64,000 bases of DNA from Escherichia phage vB_EcoM_G53, in the sequence record MK327943.1; one strand, written 5' to 3'. The position numbers and the translations under genes are program-made. The notes below the pieces were generated by a model. It was given only the letters and a program-made list of their open reading frames with translations, searched no databases and had not been told where the DNA came from. Position 1 is the stretch's first letter. The number at the start of each line of letters is the position of its first letter. Positions 28,730 through 39,955 of the stretch are shown here, piece by piece.

Positions 28730-29300
28730 AAAAGTTTCGGATTTGTTCCCAATTCAGAGAACGAAGATTATTACGAGAGTACTGAATTACTTCAATACCG
28801 GCTTGTTTTAGAATGTCTGCCCAATTTTCAGGAGATCGGTCGTATAATTCTGCATATACAACCTTTTTAATACCTGACTGTGTAATAGCTTTAGTGCAAT
28901 CAGGACACGGAGAAAGCGTCGTATATAACGTAGCACCTTCAATAGAATTACCTTTACGAGCTGCAAATAAAATTGCATTCAGTTCAGCATGGATTTCATT
29001 ATTAGCAGACCATGCACTATGAGCGGCCCGATGTTCTTTAGCCAAAACAAAATTATCCACCCGTCCAAATGCTGTAGTGCCTTCTTTATGCCCAGCAACG
29101 ATGACCGGGCTTGGTTTATTCTTCAACCAACCGTTTTCGGATGCATGTTCGCAACAGTTTGTACCACCTGAAGGAGAGCCATTATAACCTGTAGAAATAA
29201 TGCGTCCATCTTTTTCAATGACGGCACCAACTTTCCATGAACAACATTTTGATTCTTGAGAAATCAAATAAGCAATTTGAAGATATGTGCTAGCTTTCAT
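28719..29300 (-). CDS. cd: dCMP deaminase
   Basis: 193 aa; matches recalled T4 Cd; HAELNAI and SPCPDC zinc-binding motifs. Confidence 0.95.
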   Translation of the reverse strand: MKASTYLQIAYLISQESKCCSWKVGAVIEKDGRIISTGYNGSPSGGTNCCEHASENGWLKNKPSPVIVAGHKEGTTAFGRVDNFVLAKEHRAAHSAWSANNEIHAELNAILFAARKGNSIEGATLYTTLSPCPDCTKAITQSGIKKVVYAELYDRSPENWADILKQAGIEVIQYSRNNLRSLNWEQIRNFCGE

Positions 29301-30347
29301 TATTGAACCTTATTAATATAAGTTAACAGCTCTTTAGTTTGTTCCCAACTGATGCACGCATCGGTAACGGAAACGCCATAGGACATATTATCAGAAATTT
29401 TTTGATTTCCTTCATGTAGGAATGATTCTATCATAATTCCTTTGACCAAATCATTAGCTGCTAAATTTTTACCAATACCAATTTGATTGCTATAATGCCC
29501 ATCAGCGTTTGCATGGCTACAGTCAACCATTACATAATGATTCAGACCTACTGCACTTGCTTTGTTAGAAGCTTCTTGAATATCAGAAGAATGATAGTTG
29601 ACCTACTGCACTTGCTTTGTTAGAAGCTTCTTGAATATCAGAAGAATGATAGTTCGGGCCGTTGGTCCCGCCACGCAATACGATATGCGTATTCTGATTA
29701 CCTTCAGCTTCAACAATGCCTACAGTACCATCGACGTCCATACCCATATACCGATGAGGCCAGGCGGCACTATACATCGCGTCTGTAGCTACTTTAATAG
29801 AACCATTGGTTGCGTTCTTGAAGCCTACGCACATCGGTAGACCTGAAGCAATTTCACGATGTGTCTGACTTTCAGTCGTACGGGCGCCAATAGCAACCCA
29901 TGAGAAAATACCAGAAAGATACTTAATCGTGAATGGGTCTAATACTTCAGTTGCTAATGGAAGTCCCATACGTAGAAGTTTACGACACAATGTTCGTGCA
30001 ACTATAAGACCGTGGTTCATATCAAAACTTCCGTCAAGATATGGATCATTTACAAGACCTTTCCAACCTACGGTAGTTCGAGGCTTTTCAAAATAAACGC
30101 GCATCACTAACAGAACATTAGGAAGACGAGTTTGAAGTTCAGCCAGACGTTTGCCGTATTCAACAGCAGCAATAGGGTCATGAATTGAACAAGGACCTAC
30201 AACAATAAGTTTGCGTGGGTCTTCACCGTTCATAATCGAATTAACTTGTTCGCGATGAGAAGCCACTTGTGATGCGTAAGCTTCCGACAAAGGAATAATC
30301 TCAGCCAGTTCTTTTGGAGAAATAAGTTTTCTGACGACAGGTAACAT
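29300..30347 (-). pseudogene. AroG-type 3-deoxy-7-phosphoheptulonate (DAHP) synthase, interrupted by a 55-bp tandem duplication
   Basis: N-terminal ORF 29583-30347 carries GPCSIHD, MRVYFEKPRTTVGWKGL, GARTTESQ motifs; C-terminal ORF 29300-29530 carries SHANADG...ESFLHEGNQ...SVTDACI; removing one repeat copy joins them in frame. Confidence 0.8.
29545..29654. repeat. Exact 55-bp tandem duplication (2 copies: 29545-29599 and 29600-29654)
   Basis: Direct reading of sequence; unit gacctactgcacttgctttgttagaagcttcttgaatatcagaagaatgatagtt. Confidence 0.95.
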
Positions 30348-30467
30348 AACAATCCTTAGGAGATATAAACAGATTCTGATTCAACAATACCTTTAACCGG
30401 ATTAGACAGGCTAAGTTGGTAGTGCTCAGATTTATGACCATTCTCGATAGTAATGAGATAGCTCTCA

Positions 30468-30704
30468 TTATAGTGTTCCATATACTCGAGTTGCTTCAAC
30501 AAGACCATCACTGCCTAATTTAAGATTAGTAATTTGGTCACCATCTTTAGGATTAACGATTATGAGAAAAGAACGTGGAGATTCTTGAATAACTCGTAAT
30601 GTTGCATCTTGGAAACGTTCAGACACTTTATTGATGAGTGCTTGAGCAAATTCTTTTACTTTAATCTGAAATTCGTGTACTGTAATTGGGTTTTCACTTA
30701 ACAT
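30468..30704 (-). CDS. Hypothetical protein
   Basis: 78-aa ORF with upstream early promoter. Confidence 0.55.
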   Translation of the reverse strand: MLSENPITVHEFQIKVKEFAQALINKVSERFQDATLRVIQESPRSFLIIVNPKDGDQITNLKLGSDGLVEATRVYGTL

Positions 30705-30731
30705 TTCTATTTCCTCATTTGTTGGTAGAGT

Positions 30732-30762
30732 TATAGTATCACAACTCCACCATGTTGTAAAC
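30732..30762 (-). promoter_or_regulatory. Early promoter (minus)
   Basis: GTTTAC...TACTAT. Confidence 0.45.
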
Positions 30763-30764
30763 CA

Positions 30765-31040
30765 TTAAATTGCTTTGCATTCAATTTTTTGTGTACCGAA
30801 ATTGATATCACATTGGATAACTAAATCGCCGTCAAGATCAAATACCACTATGACGTGTGCAGACCCAGGGAGAAGAGTAATAGCAATAGAATCTACTTGG
30901 TCTGGGAGCAAAGCGTTAAGTACATGAGTTACTTGAGCATGAACTCTGAGTTCGGCCGCATTATCAAGCACTTCAAACATATTATTAGCAATAATCTGGC
31001 TGAAGACTACCTTTACAATTTCAGAATAAGTTGGGAACAT
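30765..31040 (-). CDS. Hypothetical protein
   Basis: 91-aa ORF. Confidence 0.55.
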   Translation of the reverse strand: MFPTYSEIVKVVFSQIIANNMFEVLDNAAELRVHAQVTHVLNALLPDQVDSIAITLLPGSAHVIVVFDLDGDLVIQCDINFGTQKIECKAI

Positions 31041-31047
31041 AATTACC

Positions 31048-31272
31048 TCAGTGCACAGTATTTACTTTAACTCGAACAACAAATCGCTCGGTTGGTTCAC
31101 CTACAGGAACAAACTCTACATGATATTCACCTTTGTAACGAGTATTCAGATCATTACGAATTCCTGCGAGTTTGTTGATTAATGTAGGACTCATATTAAG
31201 TCCCACTAGTTTACGAAGCATTTTGTATGCTTCATCTTCGATTTCATGATGTTTATCGTACATAGTTTTCAT
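31048..31272 (-). CDS. Hypothetical protein
   Basis: 74-aa ORF. Confidence 0.55.
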   Translation of the reverse strand: MKTMYDKHHEIEDEAYKMLRKLVGLNMSPTLINKLAGIRNDLNTRYKGEYHVEFVPVGEPTERFVVRVKVNTVH

Positions 31273-31444
31273 TTAACCATTCAATTGCCTGGTCGACGTT
31301 ATCAAATATACCGCCGTCCAAACGTTCTTCATGCTCATAGTCCAGCACATCAATACCGAACTGTCCATTTACTAAAGGCCAGGCTACAAACAAATATTCT
31401 TTATGATGTTCGATGGCCTCAATCACTTCATATAATCGTTTCAT
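31253..31444 (-). CDS. Hypothetical protein
   Basis: 63-aa ORF, stop overlaps pseT start. Confidence 0.5.
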   Translation of the reverse strand: MKRLYEVIEAIEHHKEYLFVAWPLVNGQFGIDVLDYEHEERLDGGIFDNVDQAIEWLNENYVR

Positions 31445-32531
<1,087 letters not shown>

Positions 32532-32532
<1 letters not shown>

Positions 32533-32831
32533 TATTTGATTCCTAAGAAAGCTTCAAGAATACGAATGTTGAGTTCGCGCCGGTCTTTATTAATTTCAGC
32601 AACGTTTTTATTAATTGACGTACTTCTAACGTTTGAAGAAATAAATTTAATCATATGACTTTTGAGTTGTTGCAAATCCAACCCTTTTTCTTTAGCAGCT
32701 TTACGAAGAGCTTTACCTGCTTCATCTAGTGCCTTTGCTGCATCTTTGTCATAATCTACAAGTGTCATTCCACGGCAGATATCAATATACTCATCAGACC
32801 GTTTGATGTAATTCTCTAGTAATGTTTTCAT
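32532..32831 (-). CDS. Hypothetical protein (pseT.1 region)
   Basis: 99-aa ORF with early promoter/terminator cassette upstream. Confidence 0.55.
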
Positions 32832-32849
32832 TTAGATTTCCTCAATTAT

Positions 32850-32889
32850 CCATAGGAGCATTATACTCTGCTCCCGAGAGTTTGTAAAC
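32850..32889 (-). promoter_or_regulatory. Terminator-promoter cassette: hairpin GGAGCATTATACTCTGCTCC overlapping -10 TATAAT, with GTTTAC -35
   Basis: GTTTAC N18 TATAAT on minus strand; inverted repeat ggagca/tgctcc. Confidence 0.5.
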
Positions 32890-33113
32890 TATTTTACTAA
32901 AGATTCAATATACTCATGAAGAGCTTTAGTCGCTACTGCCCACTTATTCTGATATTCATTTTTCAGATTAGCACGAGACTGAACTAACAAGCGGTCATTA
33001 GTCGGAGGCAAAGATTCTAATCGTTGAATCTGGCGTCCATAAATCATAGCCGCCATTTCAGATTCATAGATAAGCCCTTTAATGTATTCATGCTGTTCTT
33101 TAGTCATTGGCAT
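32889..33113 (-). CDS. Hypothetical protein
   Basis: 74-aa ORF. Confidence 0.55.
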   Translation of the reverse strand: MPMTKEQHEYIKGLIYESEMAAMIYGRQIQRLESLPPTNDRLLVQSRANLKNEYQNKWAVATKALHEYIESLVK

Positions 33114-33394
33114 TTTTCCTCTTTTAAACCACTACGATAATAACATAACATAGTCTTCTGGTCATGTATATATCTTTTTACGTCGTTTAACCAGATACGA
33201 AATTCTTGAGAGTCTTCAAATGGCATTCCAACCCACGGATTACCATCAATAACCTTTACTTGCCATTTCTGGTTGTATTCGGAAATAGGCGTAGGCCATG
33301 AAGGATGTAAAGTTTCTTTAGGGCTTACTGGCACATCCTGAGTACATCCAACTAGGAGACCAATAGATAATACAGCCACAGTTAATTTAATCAT
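33104..33394 (-). CDS. Outer-membrane spanin lipoprotein (o-spanin, pseT.2-like)
   Basis: Signal peptide with lipobox LLVGC; adjacent to i-spanin as in T4 pseT.3/pseT.2. Confidence 0.65.
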   Translation of the reverse strand: MIKLTVAVLSIGLLVGCTQDVPVSPKETLHPSWPTPISEYNQKWQVKVIDGNPWVGMPFEDSQEFRIWLNDVKRYIHDQKTMLCYYRSGLKEEKCQ

Positions 33395-33747
33395 TCTGAG
33401 AGCTTCCTGAGGTCTTCTGCAAAGGAATCGAAGGACCTGTTGATTTGTTTTTCGACCAATCCTGGCTTACTTGCCACCACGTTCTTCTTCTTCGAATCCT
33501 TACGGAGCTTTTCATTTTCAGCCTTAAGTTGGTCAACTAAAACACGGTTCTTATAAGTCATTTCTTCGATTGACTGATATTGAATCTTGAAGTCGTCTAA
33601 TACTTTAGCATTGTTTTTAGCAGTCTCTTTAACAGAAGCCAATTCAGTATTCAGCGAATCGACTTTATGGTTCAGAAATGCTATTGTTACAGTAGCAACA
33701 ACTGCAAAAGCTGCCACTACAATATATGATGCATTTACTTTAAGCAT
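33391..33747 (-). CDS. Inner-membrane spanin (i-spanin, pseT.3-like)
   Basis: N-terminal TM helix followed by coiled-coil region; 4-nt overlap with o-spanin gene. Confidence 0.65.
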   Translation of the reverse strand: MLKVNASYIVVAAFAVVATVTIAFLNHKVDSLNTELASVKETAKNNAKVLDDFKIQYQSIEEMTYKNRVLVDQLKAENEKLRKDSKKKNVVASKPGLVEKQINRSFDSFAEDLRKLSE

Positions 33748-34235
33748 GTTTGAATAATCTCAATGATTTCGTCTCGGGATAATCCATTGATAAGAACTGT
33801 TTTAGGCCCGTCAGTTTGGATTTTGTATGATTCAAACAATACACACAACTCTTCTGCTGTATGATATGGGCTTGAGATTCCGAGACGGTTGAATTTGTCG
33901 GTAAGAGGGTCGCAAATAATATAGAATTTGATACCTGCGATATGTACGTTTGGTTGACTAATATTAATGAACACATTAGCGTCATATTTAGTCAAATTGT
34001 TTTGAAGAAATTCTACCATAGAATTAACTGCTTCTGGCATCGCTTCGCGTTTCTCTTCAGCGTATCGGGTTGAATACTCTTTTTGTTTTACTTTCTTTTT
34101 AAGATTTTTGGCCAGTGTAACACGTAGGTCAGTAAGATAACCAACTGGACGTCCTTTCTTAAAGACCCGGATTCCGTCAGTTGTGTCTCCAAAAGCGTTT
34201 ACGACCATATCGTTAGTAATCAATTGCATATTCAT
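33735..34235 (-). CDS. alc: Probable Alc (transcription termination on dC-DNA); 166 aa from ATG with GAGGAG RBS
   Basis: Position between spanins and rnlA and size (T4 Alc 167 aa); sequence identity not verified. Confidence 0.45.
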   Translation of the reverse strand: MNMQLITNDMVVNAFGDTTDGIRVFKKGRPVGYLTDLRVTLAKNLKKKVKQKEYSTRYAEEKREAMPEAVNSMVEFLQNNLTKYDANVFINISQPNVHIAGIKFYIICDPLTDKFNRLGISSPYHTAEELCVLFESYKIQTDGPKTVLINGLSRDEIIEIIQTCLK

Positions 34236-34263
34236 AATTTTCTCCTCGTGTTGTTGATAAACC

Positions 34264-34292
34264 CATAGTATCACCATCCTTGGTGTTTGTAA
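34264..34292 (-). promoter_or_regulatory. Early promoter (minus) for alc-like gene
   Basis: GTTTAC...TACTAT. Confidence 0.45.
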
Positions 34293-34296
34293 ACCG

Positions 34297-35430
<1,134 letters not shown>

Positions 35431-35449
35431 TCAGTTAGTTTTTTTTAAA

Positions 35450-35478
35450 TTGTACCACAATCCTTGTGGTATGTAAAC
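35450..35478 (-). promoter_or_regulatory. Early promoter (minus) for rnlA
   Basis: GTTTAC N18 TACAAT. Confidence 0.45.
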
Positions 35479-35888
35479 TACTTTTTCTTATGTTGGATAT
35501 TCCAAGGCGGGTTGAACTTTTTGATAAAAAGTGGTTCTTCAAGGTCCATTGTTGCGATGGTCATTGAACCAAGTTCGTTGGTGACTGAAAGGTCAAAACA
35601 TTGGCGGGCCCAGAATTCAACCTTTTTGCCTTGCATTAAGGCATCCAAAATCATAAGTGATTTTCTTGAATCTGAAGTCTGGTCTTTTCGATTTATGGCT
35701 GTTCGATAATAGTTAATGCGTTTCTTTAAATTCTTGGTTTTACCAATATACACGAGTTCGTCATCTATAGCAATAGCATATATGACATTTTTCTTATTAG
35801 GGACATCAACTGTTTTAATTGTTGCATCTTCTAATAGCTCCAATTCTGTATATTTAATAAAGGAATATTCGGCGGCGATATCTTTCAT
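35478..35888 (-). CDS. denA: Endonuclease II (GIY-YIG-like)
   Basis: 136 aa as T4 DenA; YAIAIDDELVYIGKT...R motif; position next to nrdB. Confidence 0.85.
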   Translation of the reverse strand: MKDIAAEYSFIKYTELELLEDATIKTVDVPNKKNVIYAIAIDDELVYIGKTKNLKKRINYYRTAINRKDQTSDSRKSLMILDALMQGKKVEFWARQCFDLSVTNELGSMTIATMDLEEPLFIKKFNPPWNIQHKKK

Positions 35889-35896
35889 AATAAAGT

Positions 35897-35910
35897 GGGA
35901 CCGAAGTCCC
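35897..35910 (-). terminator. Terminator hairpin after nrdB
   Basis: GGGAC-CGAA-GUCCC. Confidence 0.5.
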
Positions 35911-35914
35911 GTCC

Positions 35915-37093
35915 TTAGAAATATTTTTTGTATGAATTGATTACATTTTGGTCTACATCATTATCAATTTGTGCGACAAGATAAGAACTGATTTCAACTT
36001 CCTGAGGAGCTGCTTGAACTAAATCAGAGTTCAGATATTCACGAATCCAAGGATACGGATGCTTGGTCGGAGCATCCGTAATTGGACATGGCAAACCACA
36101 CTGTTTCATACGAGACACGGTCAAGTAATCAACAAAAGCACACATACTCTGCGTATTGATACCTGGACATGTACCATCTTTAAAGAGGTGTGCAGCCCAT
36201 TCCTTCTCTTGACTATTTACTTCCATAAAAATGTCAACTGCTTCTTGTTCACATTCTTTAGCAATTTGAACCCACTCATCACCGTCAGTACCAGATTGAA
36301 GTTGACGGATAATGTACTGAGTACCCTTGAGATGGAGTTGTTCGTCACGAGCAATGAACTTCATAATCTTTGCATTGCCTTCCATAATTTCCATATTTTT
36401 ATGGAAGTTAAAGGTACATGCAAATGATACGTAAAAACGAATAGCTTCCAAGGCGTTAATTACATGAAGGCAAAGATAAAGAGATTTCATTAGCTCACGC
36501 TTCCAATATGTCTCATGCTCAATAGCATCTTCAATAACGTCTTCGTCTGCATTAATTTCTTTTTGGTATTCGATATCGGCTTTAGCGTTTTCCCAATAAC
36601 GAGTTTTAACCAGAACATCATCGTAATATTTACCTATTGATTCAGCTCGTTTCATGATTGCTTCGTCTAATACAATCTCATCAAATACTTTGGATGGATC
36701 GGTATAAAGATTTCGCATAATATGAGTGTACGAACGAGAGTGAATAGTTTCACTGAATGTCCATGTTGCAACCCACGTATCTAATGAAGGGTCGGAAATC
36801 AGTGCCATAAGTACCGCAGATGGGGCCCTGCCTTGGATAGAATCTAATAATGATTGATACTTAAGATTGTTTGTAAAGATGTCCTGTTGGAACTGAGGAA
36901 GCTTATTGAACTGCGCAGAGTCCAACATCAAGTTTACCTCTTCTGGGCGCCAGAAAAATGACAATTGCTTTTCAATAAGTTCTTCAAAAACTTTATGTCG
37001 CTGAATATCATAACGTGCGAGGCCAAGACCAGAACCAAAGAACATTGGTTCATTCAAAACATCGACTTGTTGTGTGTTAAAAACTGTACTCAT
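35915..37093 (-). CDS. nrdB: Ribonucleotide reductase small subunit NrdB (intron-less)
   Basis: 392-aa continuous ORF; T4 NrdB homolog. Confidence 0.95.
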   Translation of the reverse strand: MSTVFNTQQVDVLNEPMFFGSGLGLARYDIQRHKVFEELIEKQLSFFWRPEEVNLMLDSAQFNKLPQFQQDIFTNNLKYQSLLDSIQGRAPSAVLMALISDPSLDTWVATWTFSETIHSRSYTHIMRNLYTDPSKVFDEIVLDEAIMKRAESIGKYYDDVLVKTRYWENAKADIEYQKEINADEDVIEDAIEHETYWKRELMKSLYLCLHVINALEAIRFYVSFACTFNFHKNMEIMEGNAKIMKFIARDEQLHLKGTQYIIRQLQSGTDGDEWVQIAKECEQEAVDIFMEVNSQEKEWAAHLFKDGTCPGINTQSMCAFVDYLTVSRMKQCGLPCPITDAPTKHPYPWIREYLNSDLVQAAPQEVEISSYLVAQIDNDVDQNVINSYKKYF

Positions 37094-37148
37094 TATATTT
37101 TCTCACTTAGTTATTAACTCATCCATGAGTAAATTATAATCAAAAGTC

Positions 37149-39404
37149 TTAAAGCTTACAAGCAGAACAATCTTCAGCTTTAGGTGTTTCTAATTCATAG
37201 TCATCTGTACCTGACCCATCACGAGTGTTATGATAGTAGAGGTTTTTTCCGCCAAAGTACCAGAAGTAAAGCAGATCGTCAAGCATTACCGACATTGGCA
37301 CTTTACCTTTCTCAAATACTGCAGGGTCATAGTAAGTATTAGCAGAAGCAGATTGGCACACCCATTTCAACATGATAGCAACTTGGGTCAAATAAGGTTT
37401 ATTACCTTTCTTAGCAAGTTTCCACGCGTAGTCGTAAAGACTCATGTTATGTTCTATATTAGGAACAACCTGTCGGAAGTTGCCTTCTTTAGATTCTTTA
37501 ATACTTACTGGACCGCGTGGGGGCTCAATCCCGTTTGTAGAGTTCGATACTTGACTGCTTGACTCACAAGGCATGAGTGCAGACAACGTTGAGTTACGAA
37601 TTCCATGTTCTTTGAGTTCAGCTCGAAGTTCTTCCCAATCACATACGTAGTTCGGGGCTGCGATTTGGTCAATCTTTTTATTGTACCAGTCGATAGGTAA
37701 TTCGCCTCTAGACCATTTAGTGTCTGAATAATACTCGCAACATCCTTTTTCTTTGGCGAGTTTGATTGAAGCTTTGATAAGGCCATATTGCAATCTCTCA
37801 AACAATTCATGAGTCAAATCGTTAGCGTCTTCATATGAAGCGAAGTTAGAAGCTAACCATGCAGCATAGTTCGTAACACCAACACCAAGATTACGACGCT
37901 TTTTGGCTTTTAAAGCTTCTGGAACCGGATAATCTTGATAGTCTAACAGGTTATCAAGTGCACGTACTTGTACTTCAGCAAGTTCATTAATTTTATCTTG
38001 GTCTTGCCAATCAAATTTATCTAACACGAATGCAGATAACGTGCATAAACCAATTTCAGCATCAGGACCATTCACATCATTAGTTGGAATAGCGATTTCA
38101 CAACATAAGTTACTCTGACGAATTGGAGCTTTTTCACGAATAAACGGAGTGTAGTTATTCGTGTTATCAACAAACTGTGGATAAATTCGAGCAGTACCAG
38201 AGCGTTCAGTCATGAACAATTCAAAGAGTTCTAGTGCTTTGATTCTTTTCTTTCTGATTGTTGGGTCTTTTTCAGCTTTCTCATAAAGCTCACGGAATTT
38301 ATCTTGATCTTCAAAGAACGAGTAGTATAGTTCGCCTGACATTTCGTGAGGGCTAAATAAAGTAATATAATCATTTTTACCAAGGCGTTCCATCATAAGG
38401 TCATTAATCTGAATTCCGTAGTCCATATGTCGAATACGGTTTTCATCCACGCCTTTGTTATTTTTCAGAACTAATAGGTTCTCTACTTCTAAGTGCCACA
38501 TCGGATAATACGCTGTAGCAGCACCACCACGAATACCACCTTGAGAACAAGATTTTACTGCAGTTTGGAAATGTTTCCAGAATGGAATAACACCCGTATG
38601 TCGAACTTCACCCATACCGATCTTAGAACCTTCTGCACGAAGCATACCAACGTTGATACCAATACCAGCTCGTTTAGAAATATATTCAATAATTGATGCT
38701 GAAGTTTTGTTAATAGATTTTAACGAATCACCGGCTTCAATAACTACACAACTAGAGAATTGGCGAGTTGGAGTACGAGCACCTGCCATAATTGGGGTTG
38801 GCAATGAAACTTGATGAGTAGAAACGGCATCATAAAAACGAATAATATGTTTCAAACGGTCATGAGTTTCGTTTTGGTGTAAGGCCATGCCAATAGCCAT
38901 GATAGCAAACTGGGGAGTTTCATAAATCTTCCCAGTTGTTTTATCTTTAACTAGATATTTTTCTTTAAGCTGCATAGCACCAGCATAAGTCAGGTCAAAG
39001 TCTCGTTCATGTTTAATCTGTGAATCGAGATAAATGATTTCTTCTGCTGAATATTGAGACAACAGCTCAGGGTCATATTTGCCTTCATTAACACAATAAG
39101 AAATATGGTCGATAAAAGCAGGCGGTTCAAACTGCCCATATACATCTTTACGAAGTGCAAACATTAGCCCTTTGGCGGCGACATACTGATAATCAGGTTC
39201 TTCGACAGAAATCGAGTTAGCTGCAACTTTAATACAAATCTTCTGGATATCTTTGGTGCTCATCCCGTCGACAAGATGGGTCTTAATTTCTTCGTACAAT
39301 TCATATGGGTCAATTTGTGTTCCTTCACATTGCCAGGTCAGAACTTGGATAATTTTCTGTGCATCAAAATTTTGGGATACGCCACTGCTCTTAGTTACTT
39401 GCAT
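37149..39404 (-). CDS. nrdA: Ribonucleotide reductase large subunit NrdA
   Basis: 751 aa; class Ia RNR features, T4 synteny. Confidence 0.96.
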   Translation of the reverse strand: MQVTKSSGVSQNFDAQKIIQVLTWQCEGTQIDPYELYEEIKTHLVDGMSTKDIQKICIKVAANSISVEEPDYQYVAAKGLMFALRKDVYGQFEPPAFIDHISYCVNEGKYDPELLSQYSAEEIIYLDSQIKHERDFDLTYAGAMQLKEKYLVKDKTTGKIYETPQFAIMAIGMALHQNETHDRLKHIIRFYDAVSTHQVSLPTPIMAGARTPTRQFSSCVVIEAGDSLKSINKTSASIIEYISKRAGIGINVGMLRAEGSKIGMGEVRHTGVIPFWKHFQTAVKSCSQGGIRGGAATAYYPMWHLEVENLLVLKNNKGVDENRIRHMDYGIQINDLMMERLGKNDYITLFSPHEMSGELYYSFFEDQDKFRELYEKAEKDPTIRKKRIKALELFELFMTERSGTARIYPQFVDNTNNYTPFIREKAPIRQSNLCCEIAIPTNDVNGPDAEIGLCTLSAFVLDKFDWQDQDKINELAEVQVRALDNLLDYQDYPVPEALKAKKRRNLGVGVTNYAAWLASNFASYEDANDLTHELFERLQYGLIKASIKLAKEKGCCEYYSDTKWSRGELPIDWYNKKIDQIAAPNYVCDWEELRAELKEHGIRNSTLSALMPCESSSQVSNSTNGIEPPRGPVSIKESKEGNFRQVVPNIEHNMSLYDYAWKLAKKGNKPYLTQVAIMLKWVCQSASANTYYDPAVFEKGKVPMSVMLDDLLYFWYFGGKNLYYHNTRDGSGTDDYELETPKAEDCSACKL

Positions 39405-39700
39405 ATGTCCTCTATATTAAATTCGTCTTTAAAAAGTTTATTAACCACTAGAGCTATTATATCACCATGACAGGCTTTTGGTTTACATGTGCATCCCAGA
39501 CGCATACCACGTAAAGGTTCTAGATGAGCTTTTGTGATTTCTCCACACTTAATTCTCTTAATAAAATCCTTTTTGAAAAGCTCAATAGCTTCTTCTCGGG
39601 AAGAGGCATCCTTGCCTACATAATTTCCCCAGAATGTGCCACGATGAATATTAACATCAAAATCGGATTTATATTTATTCACAACGCGGCACATTTTCAT
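39395..39700 (-). CDS. Hypothetical Cys/His-containing protein (nrdA.1 position)
   Basis: 101-aa ORF with CTCKPKACHGD motif. Confidence 0.55.
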   Translation of the reverse strand: MKMCRVVNKYKSDFDVNIHRGTFWGNYVGKDASSREEAIELFKKDFIKRIKCGEITKAHLEPLRGMRLGCTCKPKACHGDIIALVVNKLFKDEFNIEDICK

Positions 39701-39954
39701 TACATGTCCTCTGCAATAATTTCTTCGTATTCTTTAGGAGTCAAGACCGTGATATTAAAATAAACCAACGGTTCTTTTTCTATACCGAATCCACCACAGA
39801 ATTCACGATATTCATAAATTCGTTCATGTGAATAACAAATGAATCGTTCACCTTTAACTGTGATTTCACTATTTGGTGAAGGGATATCCAGTTCACTTGG
39901 ATTTTTCATTTCAAAAATTGTGGTGCCATATGAATTAATAAAACGTAAAATCAT
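39700..39954 (-). CDS. Hypothetical protein (nrdA.2 position), start reassigned to avoid 166-nt overlap with td
   Basis: Internal ATG just after td stop. Confidence 0.5.
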   Translation of the reverse strand: MILRFINSYGTTIFEMKNPSELDIPSPNSEITVKGERFICYSHERIYEYREFCGGFGIEKEPLVYFNITVLTPKEYEEIIAEDM

Positions 39955-39955
39955 T

